A stretch of DNA of 64,000 nt from Escherichia coli. GTDB taxonomy: Bacteria > Pseudomonadota > Gammaproteobacteria > Enterobacterales > Enterobacteriaceae. The translations under genes and the position numbers were made by a program. Where the stretch lies: the NCBI RefSeq assembly GCF_044324785.1, contig NZ_CP172129.1; one strand, written 5' to 3'. Of this stretch, positions 20,620-33,976 are shown in pieces (position 1 is the first letter of the stretch; the number at the start of each line of letters is the position of its first letter). The notes below the pieces were generated by a model. That model made no database searches. It saw nothing but the letters and a program-made list of their open reading frames with translations, and was not told the origin of the DNA.

Positions 20620-21190
20620 ACGATTCAGATATCGTCACCAGAATATGCCGCGTCAGCGGCATGGAAGGCGGCACTCTGTTGTTGCATATGACACAGGAGT
20701 AAAACCGCCGAAGCCCGGCGTAAGCCGGTACGGACTGATAGATTTCACCTTACCCATCCCCAGCCCTGCTAGGCCATATCCGCTTTCAGCCATGATAAAG
20801 CTTCTGTGCGCGGTCGGAGTGGTCCCGACGAGGGTTTACCCGAAGTCGGGGCGTATCTCCGCGTTAGCGGGCCGTCAGGGCCGCTTACGAGCGTGTACTC
20901 AATACTTTCAGCGAGAAGACTGACAGCCATGATGGAGTATAGTTACAACATTCATAATTAAAAGCGACTCTGTTCCGGCCCGAAGGGCCGGGGCGGGGCC
21001 GCTTTTCAGTTATGAGGGAGGGGCTTTGTGGTTTCAGTTCTGCGCTGGTTCGGGGTTTTTCTGGAGGTTGGTTTTGTGTGTTGTAACTAAAGTGGCTCCG
21101 GTTGGGGCCCGCCGTTTACGGTGGGAGGTGCATATCTGTCTGTCCACAGGACAGGCAGTGAATAGGTTTTCTTTTTAAATGAATGTAATT

Positions 21191-21228
21191 GGGGAGCCCG
21201 CAGAATTCGGAAAAAATCGTACGCTAAG
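21191..21228. repeat. 38-bp terminal inverted repeat of a Tn21-subgroup (Tn3-family) transposon (tnpA end)
   Basis: ggggagcccgcagaattcggaaaaaatcgtacgctaag immediately downstream of the tnpA stop. Confidence 0.75.
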
Positions 21229-24190
21229 GTTTTCCGGGCATCCGTAAGGGCCGAAACTTCCCGTCTTCCAGTCTGCGGCTCTGCCGCCAGACGTAATCGC
21301 CGGTTAGGTTGATGTGCTCCCAGCCCAGCGGCGACAGGAATTGCAGCAGCTCGCCGTCCACCGGCTTGCCGGCCTCGACCAACCCCTGGGTGGCGCGTTC
21401 CAGGTACACCGTGTTCCACAGCACGATAGCCGCCGTCACCAGGTTGAGGCCGCTGGCCCGGTAGCGCTGCTGCTCGAAGCTCCGATCCCTGATTTCCCCA
21501 AGGCGGTTGAAGAACACCGCCCTGGCCAGCGAGTTGCGCGCCTCACCTTTGTTCAGGCCGGCATGCACGCGGCGGCGCAGTTCAACACTTTGCAGCCAGT
21601 CCAGGATGAACAGCGTGCGCTCGATCCGGCCCAGCTCGCGCAGGGCCACGGCCAGTCCGTTCTGGCGCGGGTAGCTGCCGAGCTTGCGCAGCATCAGCGA
21701 GGCGGTGACGGTGCCCTGCTTGATCGAGCTGGCCAGGCGCAGGATGTCGTCCCAGTGGGCACGCACGTGCTTGATGTTCAGGGTGCCGCCGATCAGCGGG
21801 CGCAACGTCGGGTAGGCTTGCACGCCCTGCGGCACGTACAGCTTGGTTTCGCCGAGGTCGCGGATGCGCGGCGCGAAGCGGAAGCCTAGCAGGTGCATCA
21901 GGGCAAAGACGTGATCGGTGAAGCCGGCCGTGTCGGTGTAGTGCTCCTCGATCCGCAGGTCGGACTCGTGGTACAGCAGGCCGTCGAGCACATAGGTGGA
22001 ATCGCGGACGCCGACATTCACCACGCGGGTGCTGAACGGCGCGTACTGGTCGGAGATATGGGTATAGAACAGCCGTCCCGGCTCGCTACCGTACTTCGGG
22101 TTGACGTGCCCGGTGCTCTCGCCCCGGCCACCCGCGCGGAAGCGCTGGCCATCGGAGGATGAGGTCGTGCCGTCGCCCCAGTGGGCGGCAAAGGCGTGGC
22201 GATACTGGTGGTTGACCAGCTCGGCCAAGGCCGCCGAATAGGTTTCGTCGCGGATGTGCCAGGCTTGCAGCCAGGACAGCTTGGCGTAGGTCAGGCCGGG
22301 GCTCGACTCGGCCATCTTGGTCAGCCCGAGGTTGATCGCATCACCGAGGATTGCGGACAGCAGCAACGTCCTGTCTTTGGCCTCGGCCCCGTCCTTCAAG
22401 TGGGTGAAGTGGCGGCTGAAGCCCGTCCAGTCGTCCACGTCCATCAGCAGTTCGGTGATCTTGATGCGCGGCAGTAACTGGCTGGTTTGGTCGATCAGCG
22501 CCTGCGCCCGATCCGGCACCGCCGCATCCAGCGGGGTGATTTTCAGCCCTGACTCGGTGAGGATGGCATCGGGCAGCTCGTTGTCCTTGGCCAGGCGGGT
22601 GACGGTGGCCAACTGCTCGTCCAGCAGCTGCAAACGCTCTTCCAGGTACTGGTCGCTGTTCGGGTTGATCGCCAGGGGCAGGGCCTGCTCGCGCTTGAGT
22701 GCGGCGAACTTCTCGGCCGGCAGCAGGTAGTCGTCGAAGTCGCGGAACTGCCGCGAGCCCTTGACCCAGATGTCGCCGGAGCGCAGGGCGTTCTTCAGCT
22801 CGGACAGGGCGCAGATTTCGTAGAATTTCCGGTCGAGGCCTTCCGGGGTGATCACCAGCGGCTTCCAGCGCGGCTTGATGAAGGCCGTGGGTGCATCGGC
22901 CGGCACCTTGCGCAGGTTGTCGGCGTTCATCTCACGCAGGGTCTGCACGGCTGCCAGCACGCCTTGCGCGGCCGGCGCGGCGCGCAGTTCCAGCACCTCC
23001 AGCAAGGCCGGCGTGTAACGGCGCAGGGTGGCGAAGTTCTCGCCGACCAGGTGCAGGTGGTCGAAGCCTTCCGGCCGGGCCAGCAGCTCGGCCTCGCTGA
23101 CGCTCTCGGTGAACTCGTCCCAGGGAATCACCGCCTCGATGGCGGCATAGGGGTCGCTGCCGCTTTCCTTCGCTTCCAGCAGCGCCTGGCCGATCCTGGA
23201 GTACAGGCGCACCTTGTCGTTGATCGCCTTGCCCTGCTTCTGGAACTGCTGCTGATGCTTGTGCTTCGCGCCGCTGAACAGCTTGACCAGGATGCGGTCA
23301 TGCAGATCGACCAGCTCATCGATCACGGTCGCGGTGCTCTCCAGCACCACGGCGGCCAGGGTCGCGTAGCGGCGCTGCGGCTCGAACTTACCGAGGTCTT
23401 TGGGCGTCATCTGCCCACCCTCGCGGGCCAGCTTGAGCAGGCGGTTCTGGTGGATGTGCCGGCCCAGGCCTTCGGGCAAGTCCACCAACTGAAATGTCTT
23501 CAGCCGCTCGATGTGTTCCAGCATGTGCCGAGAGTTGGGTTTCAGCGGTGCCTGGCGCAGCCAGGTCAACCAGGTGATGCTGCTGCCGGCCTTGAGCTTC
23601 AACAGCTCGTCCAGCTTGGCCCGATGCGAGTCCGTGAGTGGTTCGACCAGGGCGCGGTAGACCCGCCGATTGGCTCGCGCAATGGCTTCCGAGCAGGCCC
23701 GGTCAATCACGCTCAGCGCCGGCAGGATGCGTCGTTTCTGCCGTAGGCTCTCCAGGGCCTGACCGGCCAGCAGCAAGCCTTTGTCGGTCTGCTGGGCCAG
23801 CTCGGTTAGCTCGCGCACCAGGGCGCGGAAGTCGGACAGGCCGAACGGGGCCAGTTGCAGGTAGGTGCGCAGTTCCTGGGCATGCTCGCGACGGGTCACG
23901 TCGCGCTCGCCGTACTTTGCCCAGCTCGCCGGCTCGGCCTGGACTTGCTTCGCCACCCACAGGATGACCGGCTCGGGCAGCTCGCTGTCGGTTCCCAGCG
24001 CGTAACCGGGGTAGCGCAGCAGGCAGAGCTGCACGGCGAAGCCGAGGCGGTTGGCGTCGCCGCGTCGCTGGCGGATCAGCGACAGGTCGGAGTCGTTGAA
24101 GGTGTAGTAGCGGATCAGGTCATCCTGGCTTTCCGGCAGCGCAAGCAGGGTGTCCCGCTCCGTGGCCGAGAGGATCAAGCGACGCGGCAT
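21224..24190 (-). CDS. tnpA: Tn3-family transposase TnpA (988 aa), Tn21/Tn1721 subgroup
   Basis: 988-aa product with a conserved DDE C-terminal region; followed by a serine-recombinase resolvase gene. Confidence 0.9.
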   Translation of the reverse strand: MPRRLILSATERDTLLALPESQDDLIRYYTFNDSDLSLIRQRRGDANRLGFAVQLCLLRYPGYALGTDSELPEPVILWVAKQVQAEPASWAKYGERDVTRREHAQELRTYLQLAPFGLSDFRALVRELTELAQQTDKGLLLAGQALESLRQKRRILPALSVIDRACSEAIARANRRVYRALVEPLTDSHRAKLDELLKLKAGSSITWLTWLRQAPLKPNSRHMLEHIERLKTFQLVDLPEGLGRHIHQNRLLKLAREGGQMTPKDLGKFEPQRRYATLAAVVLESTATVIDELVDLHDRILVKLFSGAKHKHQQQFQKQGKAINDKVRLYSRIGQALLEAKESGSDPYAAIEAVIPWDEFTESVSEAELLARPEGFDHLHLVGENFATLRRYTPALLEVLELRAAPAAQGVLAAVQTLREMNADNLRKVPADAPTAFIKPRWKPLVITPEGLDRKFYEICALSELKNALRSGDIWVKGSRQFRDFDDYLLPAEKFAALKREQALPLAINPNSDQYLEERLQLLDEQLATVTRLAKDNELPDAILTESGLKITPLDAAVPDRAQALIDQTSQLLPRIKITELLMDVDDWTGFSRHFTHLKDGAEAKDRTLLLSAILGDAINLGLTKMAESSPGLTYAKLSWLQAWHIRDETYSAALAELVNHQYRHAFAAHWGDGTTSSSDGQRFRAGGRGESTGHVNPKYGSEPGRLFYTHISDQYAPFSTRVVNVGVRDSTYVLDGLLYHESDLRIEEHYTDTAGFTDHVFALMHLLGFRFAPRIRDLGETKLYVPQGVQAYPTLRPLIGGTLNIKHVRAHWDDILRLASSIKQGTVTASLMLRKLGSYPRQNGLAVALRELGRIERTLFILDWLQSVELRRRVHAGLNKGEARNSLARAVFFNRLGEIRDRSFEQQRYRASGLNLVTAAIVLWNTVYLERATQGLVEAGKPVDGELLQFLSPLGWEHINLTGDYVWRQSRRLEDGKFRPLRMPGKP

Positions 24191-24193
24191 GTG

Positions 24194-24754
24194 TCAGTCG
24201 TCCGTGCGGAGGTACTGGTAGAGGGTTTCCCGGCTGATGTTGAACTCGCGGGCAAGCTGCGCCTTGGGCTCGCCGGCCGTCGCTCGCTGCCGCAGGGTAG
24301 CAGCCTGCTCATCGGACAGGGCTTTCTTGCGGCCCCGGTACGCGCCACGCTGCTTGGCCAAGGCGATGCCCTCACGCTGCCGCTCGCGGATCAGGGCGCG
24401 CTCGAACTCAGCGAAGGCCCCCATCACCGACAGCATCAGGTTGGCCATCGGCGAGTCCTCGCCAGTGAACACCAGGCCCTCCTTCAGGAACTCGATGCGC
24501 ACGCCGCGCTGAGTCAGCTTCTGTACCAAGCGACGCAGGTCATCGAGGTTGCGGGCCAGCCGATCCATGCTGTGCACCACCACTGTATCGCCTTCGCGGA
24601 CGAAGCTCAGCAGCGCTTCGAGCTGGGGGCGCTGGGTGTCCTTGCCCGATGCCTTGTCGGTGAACACCTTGCTCACCTGGGTTTGTTCCAGCTGGCGTTC
24701 CGGGTTCTGGTCAAAGCTGCTGACCCGGACGTAGCCGATGCGGTGCCCCTGCAC
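24194..24754 (-). CDS. tnpR: Serine-recombinase resolvase TnpR (186 aa)
   Basis: Catalytic serine motif GYVRVSSFDQN and C-terminal helix-turn-helix. Confidence 0.9.
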   Translation of the reverse strand: MQGHRIGYVRVSSFDQNPERQLEQTQVSKVFTDKASGKDTQRPQLEALLSFVREGDTVVVHSMDRLARNLDDLRRLVQKLTQRGVRIEFLKEGLVFTGEDSPMANLMLSVMGAFAEFERALIRERQREGIALAKQRGAYRGRKKALSDEQAATLRQRATAGEPKAQLAREFNISRETLYQYLRTDD

Positions 24755-24900
24755 GATGTCTCCTTGGTTGAAGGCGGCTTAAGTGCACTTTCTGTTCCGT
24801 TGTGCCTCAAAGCCCATTTCTGTCAGGCTGAAATCTATAACCTTCGCGGGCATGTGTCAAAAAATGGGAAAGCAGACTCTATTCTGACGAAGCGGCGCGG
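24755..24900. promoter_or_regulatory. Probable res site / tnpR promoter region
   Basis: Inferred from its position upstream of tnpR in a Tn21-like layout; subsites not mapped. Confidence 0.4.
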
Positions 24901-24929
24901 CCCTGCCTGACATCAAGTTAGGGTATGCC

Positions 24930-25280
24930 TCAACCTGACGGCGGCGAATCACAAGCGTCCGGTTTGACGCTGGTTTCGGTCGCAGTGCTGGCCCGCGCCT
25001 GGAAGCGCTGATAGCACTCCAGCCCGCAGAAATGCTCCACGTACTCGGCCCCTTCCGGCGTGAAGGCGGCATCGAGCGGGATTTCCTTGCAGCACACGCA
25101 GCAACTGGTGCTCGGTTCATTGGCGTTCATGGTGGTGTTCCTCCATTGGTTGACGAAGCCGACGAAGGCCGCCGCCGGCATCGGCCTGGCGAACAGGAAA
25201 CCCTGCACCGTGTCGCAACCCGCCTGCCGCAACCACGCAAGGCAGTCGGGTGTTTCCACACCCTCGGCTACCACCTCCAT
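24930..25280 (-). pseudogene. urf2/tnpM-like remnant (3' part of an EAL-domain gene cut by integron insertion)
   Basis: Translation ...[27 protein letters not shown]... is an EAL-domain C-terminus; abuts the integron IRi. Confidence 0.6.
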
Positions 25281-25305
25281 TGTCGTTTTCAGAAGACGGC
25301 TGCAC
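25281..25305. repeat. Class 1 integron inverted repeat IRi (tgtcgttttcagaagacggctgcac)
   Basis: Canonical 25-bp IRi sequence read directly. Confidence 0.8.
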
Positions 25306-25482
25306 TGAACGTCAGAAGCCGACTGCACTATAGCAGCGGAGGGGTTGGATCCATCAGGCAACGACGGGCTGCTGCCGGCCATCAGCGGACGCAGGGAGGA
25401 CTTTCCGCAACCGGCCGTTCGATGCGGCACCGATGGCCTTCGCGCAGGGGTAGTGAATCCGCCAGGATTGACTTGCGCTGCC

Positions 25483-26496
25483 CTACCTCTCACTAGTGAG
25501 GGGCGGCAGCGCATCAAGCGGTGAGCGCACTCCGGCACCGCCAACTTTCAGCACATGCGTGTAAATCATCGTCGTAGAGACGTCGGAATGGCCGAGCAGA
25601 TCCTGCACGGTTCGAATGTCGTAACCGCTGCGGAGCAAGGCCGTCGCGAACGAGTGGCGGAGGGTGTGCGGTGTGGCGGGCTTCGTGATGCCTGCTTGTT
25701 CTACGGCACGTTTGAAGGCGCGCTGAAAGGTCTGGTCATACATGTGATGGCGACGCACGACACCGCTCCGTGGATCGGTCGAATGCGTGTGCTGCGCAAA
25801 AACCCAGAACCACGGCCAGGAATGCCCGGCGCGCGGATACTTCCGCTCAAGGGCGTCGGGAAGCGCAACGCCGCTGCGGCCCTCGGCCTGGTCCTTCAGC
25901 CACCATGCCCGTGCACGCGACAGCTGCTCGCGCAGGCTGGGTGCCAAGCTCTCGGGTAACATCAAGGCCCGATCCTTGGAGCCCTTGCCCTCCCGCACGA
26001 TGATCGTGCCGTGATCGAAATCCAGATCCTTGACCCGCAGTTGCAAACCCTCACTGATCCGCATGCCCGTTCCATACAGAAGCTGGGCGAACAAACGATG
26101 CTCGCCTTCCAGAAAACCGAGGATGCGAACCACTTCATCCGGGGTCAGCACCACCGGCAAGCGCCGCGACGGCCGAGGTCTTCCGATCTCCTGAAGCCAG
26201 GGCAGATCCGTGCACAGCACCTTGCCGTAGAAGAACAGCAAGGCCGCCAATGCCTGACGATGCGTGGAGACCGAAACCTTGCGCTCGTTCGCCAGCCAGG
26301 ACAGAAATGCCTCGACTTCGCTGCTGCCCAAGGTTGCCGGGTGACGCACACCGTGGAAACGGATGAAGGCACGAACCCAGTGGACATAAGCCTGTTCGGT
26401 TCGTAAGCTGTAATGCAAGTAGCGTATGCGCTCACGCAACTGGTCCAGAACCTTGACCGAACGCAGCGGTGGTAACGGCGCAGTGGCGGTTTTCAT
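25483..26496 (-). CDS. intI1: Class 1 integron integrase IntI1 (337 aa)
   Basis: Tyrosine recombinase; full-length match to IntI1 as recalled (ends ...[24 protein letters not shown]). Confidence 0.95.
26381..26409 (+). promoter_or_regulatory. Integron cassette promoter Pc, weak variant (-35 TGGACA, 17-bp spacer, -10 TAAGCT)
   Basis: Hexamers read directly inside the 5' end of intI1 on the opposite strand. Confidence 0.7.
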
Positions 26497-26572
26497 GGCT
26501 TGTTATGACTGTTTTTTTGTACAGTCTATGCCTCGGGCATCCAAGCAGCAAGCGCGTTACGCCGTGGGTCGA

Positions 26573-26637
26573 TGTTTGATGTTATGGAGCAGCAACGATG
26601 TTACGCAGCAGGGCAGTCGCCCTAAAACAAAGTTAAC
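26573..26637. other. attI1 recombination site (approximate)
   Basis: ...cctaaaacaaag|ttaacc junction immediately before the first cassette. Confidence 0.55.
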
Positions 26638-26651
26638 CCGGAACCAAAATT

Positions 26652-27125
26652 GTGAAAGTATCATTAATGGCTGCAAAAGCGAAAAACGGAGTGATTGGTT
26701 GCGGTCCACACATACCCTGGTCCGCGAAAGGAGAGCAGCTACTCTTTAAAGCCTTGACGTACAACCAGTGGCTTTTGGTGGGCCGCAAGACGTTCGAATC
26801 TATGGGAGCACTCCCTAATAGGAAATACGCGGTCGTTACTCGCTCAGCCTGGACGGCCGATAATGACAACGTAATAGTATTCCCGTCGATCGAAGAGGCC
26901 ATGTACGGGCTGGCTGAACTCACCGATCACGTTATAGTGTCTGGTGGCGGGGAGATTTACAGAGAAACATTGCCCATGGCCTCTACGCTCCATATATCGA
27001 CGATTGATATTGAGCCGGAAGGAGATGTTTTCTTTCCGAATATTCCCAATACCTTCGAAGTTGTTTTTGAGCAACACTTTAGCTCAAACATTAACTATTG
27101 CTATCAAATTTGGCAAAAGGGTTAA
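26652..27125 (+). CDS. dfrA: Trimethoprim-resistant dihydrofolate reductase, dfrA5/dfrA14-group cassette (157 aa)
   Basis: [52 protein letters not shown]...; cannot tell dfrA5 from dfrA14 from memory. Confidence 0.85.
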   Translation: MKVSLMAAKAKNGVIGCGPHIPWSAKGEQLLFKALTYNQWLLVGRKTFESMGALPNRKYAVVTRSAWTADNDNVIVFPSIEEAMYGLAELTDHVIVSGGGEIYRETLPMASTLHISTIDIEPEGDVFFPNIPNTFEVVFEQHFSSNINYCYQIWQKG

Positions 27126-27206
27126 CAAAGCTATGCAATTGACGGTAAAAAGCTTCGTTCGCTTCGCTTGCTACGCTTCTTACCGCAATTGATAACGGCG
27201 TTAGAT
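27126..27206. other. attC (59-be) of the dfrA cassette, ending in core GTTAGAT
   Basis: Imperfect inverted repeats and terminal gttagat read directly. Confidence 0.55.
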
Positions 27207-27224
27207 GCACTAAGCACATAATTG

Positions 27225-28383
<1,159 letters not shown>

Positions 28384-28495
28384 TACGCCTATTTTTATAG
28401 GTTAATGTCATGATAATAATGGTTTCTTAGACGTCAGGTGGCACTTTTCGGGGAAATGTGCGCGGAACCCCTATTTGTTTATTTTTCTAAATACA

Positions 28496-28524
28496 TTCAA
28501 ATATGTATCCGCTCATGAGACAAT
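28496..28524 (+). promoter_or_regulatory. blaTEM P3-type promoter (-35 TTCAAA, 17-bp spacer, -10 GACAAT)
   Basis: Hexamers read directly about 40 bp upstream of the blaTEM start. Confidence 0.65.
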
Positions 28525-28553
28525 AACCCTGGTAAATGCTTCAATAATATTGA

Positions 28554-29426
<873 letters not shown>

Positions 29427-29535
29427 CTGTCAGACCAAGTTTACTCATATATACTTTAGATTGATTTAAAACTTCATTTTTAATTTAAAAGGATCTAGGT
29501 GAAGATCCTTTTTGATAATCTCATGACCAAAATCC

Positions 29536-29573
29536 CTTAACGTGAGTTTTCGTTCCACTGAGCGTCAGACCCC
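29536..29573. repeat. Tn2/Tn3 38-bp terminal inverted repeat (bla-proximal end)
   Basis: cttaacgtgagttttcgttccactgagcgtcagacccc. Confidence 0.9.
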
Positions 29574-29575
29574 TT

Positions 29576-29960
29576 ATGGCAGAGCAGGGAAAGGAATTGC
29601 CGGGCTATGTGCAACGGGAATTTGAAGAATTTCTCCAATGCGGGCGGCTGGAGCATGGCTTTCTACGGGTTCGCTGCGAGTCTTGCCACGCCGAGCACCT
29701 GGTCGCTTTCAGCTGTAAGCGTCGCGGTTTCTGCCCGAGCTGTGGGGCGCGGCGGATGGCCGAAAGTGCCGCCTTGCTGGTTGATGAAGTACTGCCTGAA
29801 CAACCCATGCGTCAGTGGGTGTTGAGCTTCCCGTTTCAGCTGCGTTTCCTGTTTGGGGTCGTTTGCGGGAAGGGGCGGAATCCTACGCTAAGGCTTTGGC
29901 CAGCGATATTCTCCGGTGAGATTGATGTGTTCCCAGGGGATAGGAGAAGTCGCTTGATAT
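29576..29960 (+). pseudogene. N-terminal fragment of an IS91-family (rolling-circle) transposase, cut by IS26
   Basis: Zinc-binding CxxC...CxxC segment (RCESCHAEH...FCPSCGARR); the frame runs into IS26. Confidence 0.5.
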
Positions 29961-30780
29961 GGCACTGTTGCAAATAGTCGGTGGTGATAAACTTATCATC
30001 CCCTTTTGCTGATGGAGCTGCACATGAACCCATTCAAAGGCCGGCATTTTCAGCGTGACATCATTCTGTGGGCCGTACGCTGGTACTGCAAATACGGCAT
30101 CAGTTACCGTGAGCTGCAGGAGATGCTGGCTGAACGCGGAGTGAATGTCGATCACTCCACGATTTACCGCTGGGTTCAGCGTTATGCGCCTGAAATGGAA
30201 AAACGGCTGCGCTGGTACTGGCGTAACCCTTCCGATCTTTGCCCGTGGCACATGGATGAAACCTACGTGAAGGTCAATGGCCGCTGGGCGTATCTGTACC
30301 GGGCCGTCGACAGCCGGGGCCGCACTGTCGATTTTTATCTCTCCTCCCGTCGTAACAGCAAAGCTGCATACCGGTTTCTGGGTAAAATCCTCAACAACGT
30401 GAAGAAGTGGCAGATCCCGCGATTCATCAACACGGATAAAGCGCCCGCCTATGGTCGCGCGCTTGCTCTGCTCAAACGCGAAGGCCGGTGCCCGTCTGAC
30501 GTTGAACACCGACAGATTAAGTACCGGAACAACGTGATTGAATGCGATCATGGCAAACTGAAACGGATAATCGGCGCCACGCTGGGATTTAAATCCATGA
30601 AGACGGCTTACGCCACCATCAAAGGTATTGAGGTGATGCGTGCACTACGCAAAGGCCAGGCCTCAGCATTTTATTATGGTGATCCCCTGGGCGAAATGCG
30701 CCTGGTAAGCAGAGTTTTTGAAATGTAAGGCCTTTGAATAAGACAAAAGGCTGCCTCATCGCTAACTTTGCAACAGTGCC
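29961..30780 (+). mobile_element. IS26 copy 2 (820 bp), no target-site duplication
   Basis: Same terminal repeats; flanks cttgatat and ctcttgtc differ. Confidence 0.95.
30024..30728 (+). CDS. tnpA: IS26 transposase Tnp26
   Basis: Identical protein to the other two copies. Confidence 0.95.
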   Translation: MNPFKGRHFQRDIILWAVRWYCKYGISYRELQEMLAERGVNVDHSTIYRWVQRYAPEMEKRLRWYWRNPSDLCPWHMDETYVKVNGRWAYLYRAVDSRGRTVDFYLSSRRNSKAAYRFLGKILNNVKKWQIPRFINTDKAPAYGRALALLKREGRCPSDVEHRQIKYRNNVIECDHGKLKRIIGATLGFKSMKTAYATIKGIEVMRALRKGQASAFYYGDPLGEMRLVSRVFEM

Positions 30781-31238
30781 CTCTTGTCCTCGTCCGGTAA
30801 GAAGTCGGGATTGACGGCATTGCGGGACACCACATCAACGGCGCGTCCGAACATTCGCGACAGCCTGCGCTCAAACGGACATTGATCAACCGATAGGCTG
30901 TGAACAGCGCCAAGTTGCTGCCCCATTGACGGCCACGCTTTGAGCAAATCCGCTCCAGACAGATCAGCCGCCGGTACTCCCGGAATTGCCGTTATCACCA
31001 AGCATGCACCCTCCTGTTCCTCCTGCCAGTTGATGACCTCGGGGCAAGCCACACCTCGACCTTTGAGCCAAATGAGGCGGTCACGCTCTCCAGCGAGCTC
31101 ACCGCGGCGGGAAGCAGGTGCGATTTTCGCGAAGGCATGCCCGTCACCACGTCGAAAAACAAAATCACCAGATTCTCCGCCTCTGACAGGCAACCAGTCA
31201 GAATGCGATTCACCAAAAAAAATATTAGTTCGATTCAA
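30781..31238 (-). pseudogene. strA: strA (aph(3'')-Ib) 5' fragment, about 152 codons, 3' end removed by IS26
   Basis: MNRTNIFFGESHSDWLPVRGGESGDFVFRRGDGHAFAKIA...; the frame continues into IS26. Confidence 0.9.
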
Positions 31239-31298
31239 TGGAGGTTCCTTCAGTTTTCTGATGAAGCGCGAATATAGAGAAATATCCCGAATGTGCAG

Positions 31299-32114
31299 TT
31301 AACGAATTCTTGCGGTTTCTTTTAGCGCCGCCAATACCGCCAGCCCGTCGCGCAAGGGGCGCGGCTCGTGTGTGCGGATGAAGTCAGCTCCACCTGCGGC
31401 GGCGGCAAGCTCTGCAGCGAGTGTCGCGGCCCCGACATCCCCCGGACCACGGCCTGTGAGCGCGCGCAGAAAGGATTTGCGCGAAACAGACAGAAGCACC
31501 GGCAAATCGAAGCGCAGCCGCAATTCATCGAACCGCGCCAGCACCGAGAGCGAGGTTTCGGGAGCAGCCCCCAGAAAAAACCCCATGCCGGGATCAAGGA
31601 CAAGGCGGTTGCGTTTGATACCGGCACCCGTCAGCGCCGCGATGCGCGCGTCAAAGAACGCCGCAATGTGATCCATGATGTCGCCAGCGGGTGCCTCGCG
31701 CCGATCTGCCTGCCCGTCTTGCACCGAATGCATAACGACGAGTTTGGCAGATGATTTCGCCAATTGCGGATAGAACGCAGCGTCTGGAAAACCGCGAATA
31801 TCATTGAGATAGGCCACACCACGCGACAAGGCATAGGCTTGCGTCGCGGGTTGATAACTGTCGAGCGAGACGGGAATGCCATCTGCCTTGAGCGCGTCCA
31901 GCACCGGCGCGATACGCTCGATTTCTGTGTCGGACGAAACAGGCGCGGCGTCGGGGTTGCTGGATGCCGGACCGAGGTCGATCACATCTGCCCCCTCGGC
32001 CATCAGCTTACGCGCCTGCGCAATGGCTGCGTCTGGCGCCAGATACCGGCCTCCATCGGAGAAACTGTCCGAGGTTATGTTGACGATGCCGAAAATGATG
32101 AGCGATTTATTCAT
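31299..32114 (-). CDS. sul2: Sulfonamide-resistant dihydropteroate synthase Sul2 (271 aa)
   Basis: MNKSLIIFGIVNITSDSFSDGGRYL... full length. Confidence 0.95.
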   Translation of the reverse strand: MNKSLIIFGIVNITSDSFSDGGRYLAPDAAIAQARKLMAEGADVIDLGPASSNPDAAPVSSDTEIERIAPVLDALKADGIPVSLDSYQPATQAYALSRGVAYLNDIRGFPDAAFYPQLAKSSAKLVVMHSVQDGQADRREAPAGDIMDHIAAFFDARIAALTGAGIKRNRLVLDPGMGFFLGAAPETSLSVLARFDELRLRFDLPVLLSVSRKSFLRALTGRGPGDVGAATLAAELAAAAGGADFIRTHEPRPLRDGLAVLAALKETARIR

Positions 32115-32421
32115 GGGGGCTTCTATAATAATAATAATCGAGCATGAGTCTCATACGGATGCTCGGGTCGAAAGGGAATCCCCAGGCGAGTAACCTGTTT
32201 GCGGTGATCCATTAGCTGCAGGAGCAGAATAGCATACATCTGGAAGCAAAGCCAGGAAAGCGGCCTATGGAGCTGTGCGGCAGCGCTCAGTAGGCAATTT
32301 TTCAAAATATTGTTAAGCCTTTTCTGAGCATGGTATTTTTCATGGTATTACCAATTAGCAGGAAAATAAGTCATTGAATATAAAAGATAAAAATGTCTTG
32401 TTTACAATAGAGTGGGGGGGG

Positions 32422-33273
32422 TCAGCCTGCCGCCTTGGGCCGGGTGATGTCGTACTTGCCCGCCGCGAACTCGGTTACCGTCCAGCCCAGCGCGACCAGC
32501 TCCGGCAACGCCTCGCGCACCCGCTGGCGGCGCTTGCGCATGGTCGAACCACTGGCCTCTGACGGCCAGACATAGCCGCACAAGGTATCTATGGAAGCCT
32601 TGCCGGTTTTGCCGGGGTCGATCCAGCCACACAGCCGCTGGTGCAGCAGGCGGGCGGTTTCGCTGTCCAGCGCCCGCACCTCGTCCATGCTGATGCGCAC
32701 ATGCTGGCCGCCACCCATGACGGCCTGCGCGATCAAGGGGTTCAGGGCCACGTACAGGCGCCCGTCCGCCTCGTCGCTGGCGTACTCCGACAGCAGCCGA
32801 AACCCCTGCCGCTTGCGGCCATTCTGGGCGATGATGGATACCTTCCAAAGGCGCTCGATGCAGTCCTGTATGTGCTTGAGCGCCCCACCACTATCGACCT
32901 CTGCCCCGATTTCCTTTGCCAGCGCCCGATAGCTACCTTTGACCACCATGGCATCAGCGGTGACGGCCTCCCACTTGGGTTCCAGGAACAGCCGGAGCTG
33001 CCGTCCGCCTTCGGTCTTGGGTTCCGGGCCAAGCACTAGGCCATTAGGCCCAGCCATGGCCACCAGCCCTTGCAGGATGCGCAGATCATCAGCGCCCAGC
33101 GGCTCCGGGCCGCTGAACTCGATCCGCTTGCCGTCGCCGTAGTCATACGTCACGTCCAGCTTGCTGCGCTTGCGCTCGCCCCGCTTGAGGGCACGGAACA
33201 GGCCGGGGGCCAGACAGTGCGCCGGGTCGTGCCGGACGTGGCTGAGGCTGTGCTTGTTCTTAGGCTTCACCAC
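32422..33273 (-). CDS. repC: RSF1010-type (IncQ) replication initiator RepC (probable GTG start)
   Basis: VVKPKNKHSLSHVRHDPAHCLAPGLFRAL... matches RepC as recalled; the ORF track extends further upstream artificially. Confidence 0.8.
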   Translation of the reverse strand: MVKPKNKHSLSHVRHDPAHCLAPGLFRALKRGERKRSKLDVTYDYGDGKRIEFSGPEPLGADDLRILQGLVAMAGPNGLVLGPEPKTEGGRQLRLFLEPKWEAVTADAMVVKGSYRALAKEIGAEVDSGGALKHIQDCIERLWKVSIIAQNGRKRQGFRLLSEYASDEADGRLYVALNPLIAQAVMGGGQHVRISMDEVRALDSETARLLHQRLCGWIDPGKTGKASIDTLCGYVWPSEASGSTMRKRRQRVREALPELVALGWTVTEFAAGKYDITRPKAAG

Positions 33274-33976
33274 GGGGCACCCCCTTGCTCTTGCGCTGCC
33301 TCTCCAGCACGGCGGGCTTGAGCACCCCGCCGTCATGCCGCCTGAACCACCGATCAGCGAACGGTGCGCCATAGTTGGCCTTGCTCACACCGAAGCGGAC
33401 GAAGAACCGGCGCTGGTCGTCGTCCACACCCCATTCCTCGGCCTCGGCGCTGGTCATGCTCGACAGGTAGGACTGCCAGCGGATGTTATCGACCAGTACC
33501 GAGCTGCCCCGGCTGGCCTGCTGCTGGTCGCCTGCGCCCATCATGGCCGCGCCCTTGCTGGCATGGTGCAGGAACACGATAGAGCACCCGGTATCGGCGG
33601 CGATGGCCTCCATGCGACCGATGACCTGGGCCATGGGGCCGCTGGCGTTTTCTTCCTCGATGTGGAACCGGCGCAGCGTGTCCAGCACCATCAGGCGGCG
33701 GCCCTCGGCGGCGCGCTTGAGGCCGTCGAACCACTCCGGGGCCATGATGTTGGGCAGGCTGCCGATCAGCGGCTGGATCAGCAGGCCGTCAGCCACGGCT
33801 TGCCGTTCCTCGGCGCTGAGGTGCGCCCCAAGGGCGTGCAGGCGGTGATGAATGGCGGTGGGCGGGTCTTCGGCGGGCAGGTAGATCACCGGGCCGGTGG
33901 GCAGTTCGCCCACCTCCAGCAGATCCGGCCCGCCTGCAATCTGTGCGGCCAGTTGCAGGGCCAGCATGGATTTACC
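33260..33976 (-). pseudogene. repA: RSF1010-type helicase gene repA, 3' part (5' end removed by IS26)
   Basis: Begins mid-protein at ...MLALQLAAQIAGGPDLL...; Walker-type motifs present. Confidence 0.8.

Noticed and set aside
20645-21190. ORFs and a GC-rich hairpin (ccggcccgaagggccgg) between the antitoxin gene and the Tn21-like terminal repeat
   Set aside because: No coding support; probably backbone remnant at the transposon insertion point. The flank was not resolvable as a target-site duplication because the other transposon end is missing.
21314-24910. Multiple long ORFs on the plus strand inside tnpA/tnpR (e.g. 22964..23746, 23855..24910)
   Set aside because: They lie antisense to a well-supported transposase gene in GC-rich DNA, where long chance ORFs are common, and have no recognisable motifs.
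32422-33372. 316-aa ORF extending upstream of repC
   Set aside because: The N-terminal 33 residues overlap the repA 3' end and look artefactual; RepC most likely starts at the GTG encoding VKPKNK.
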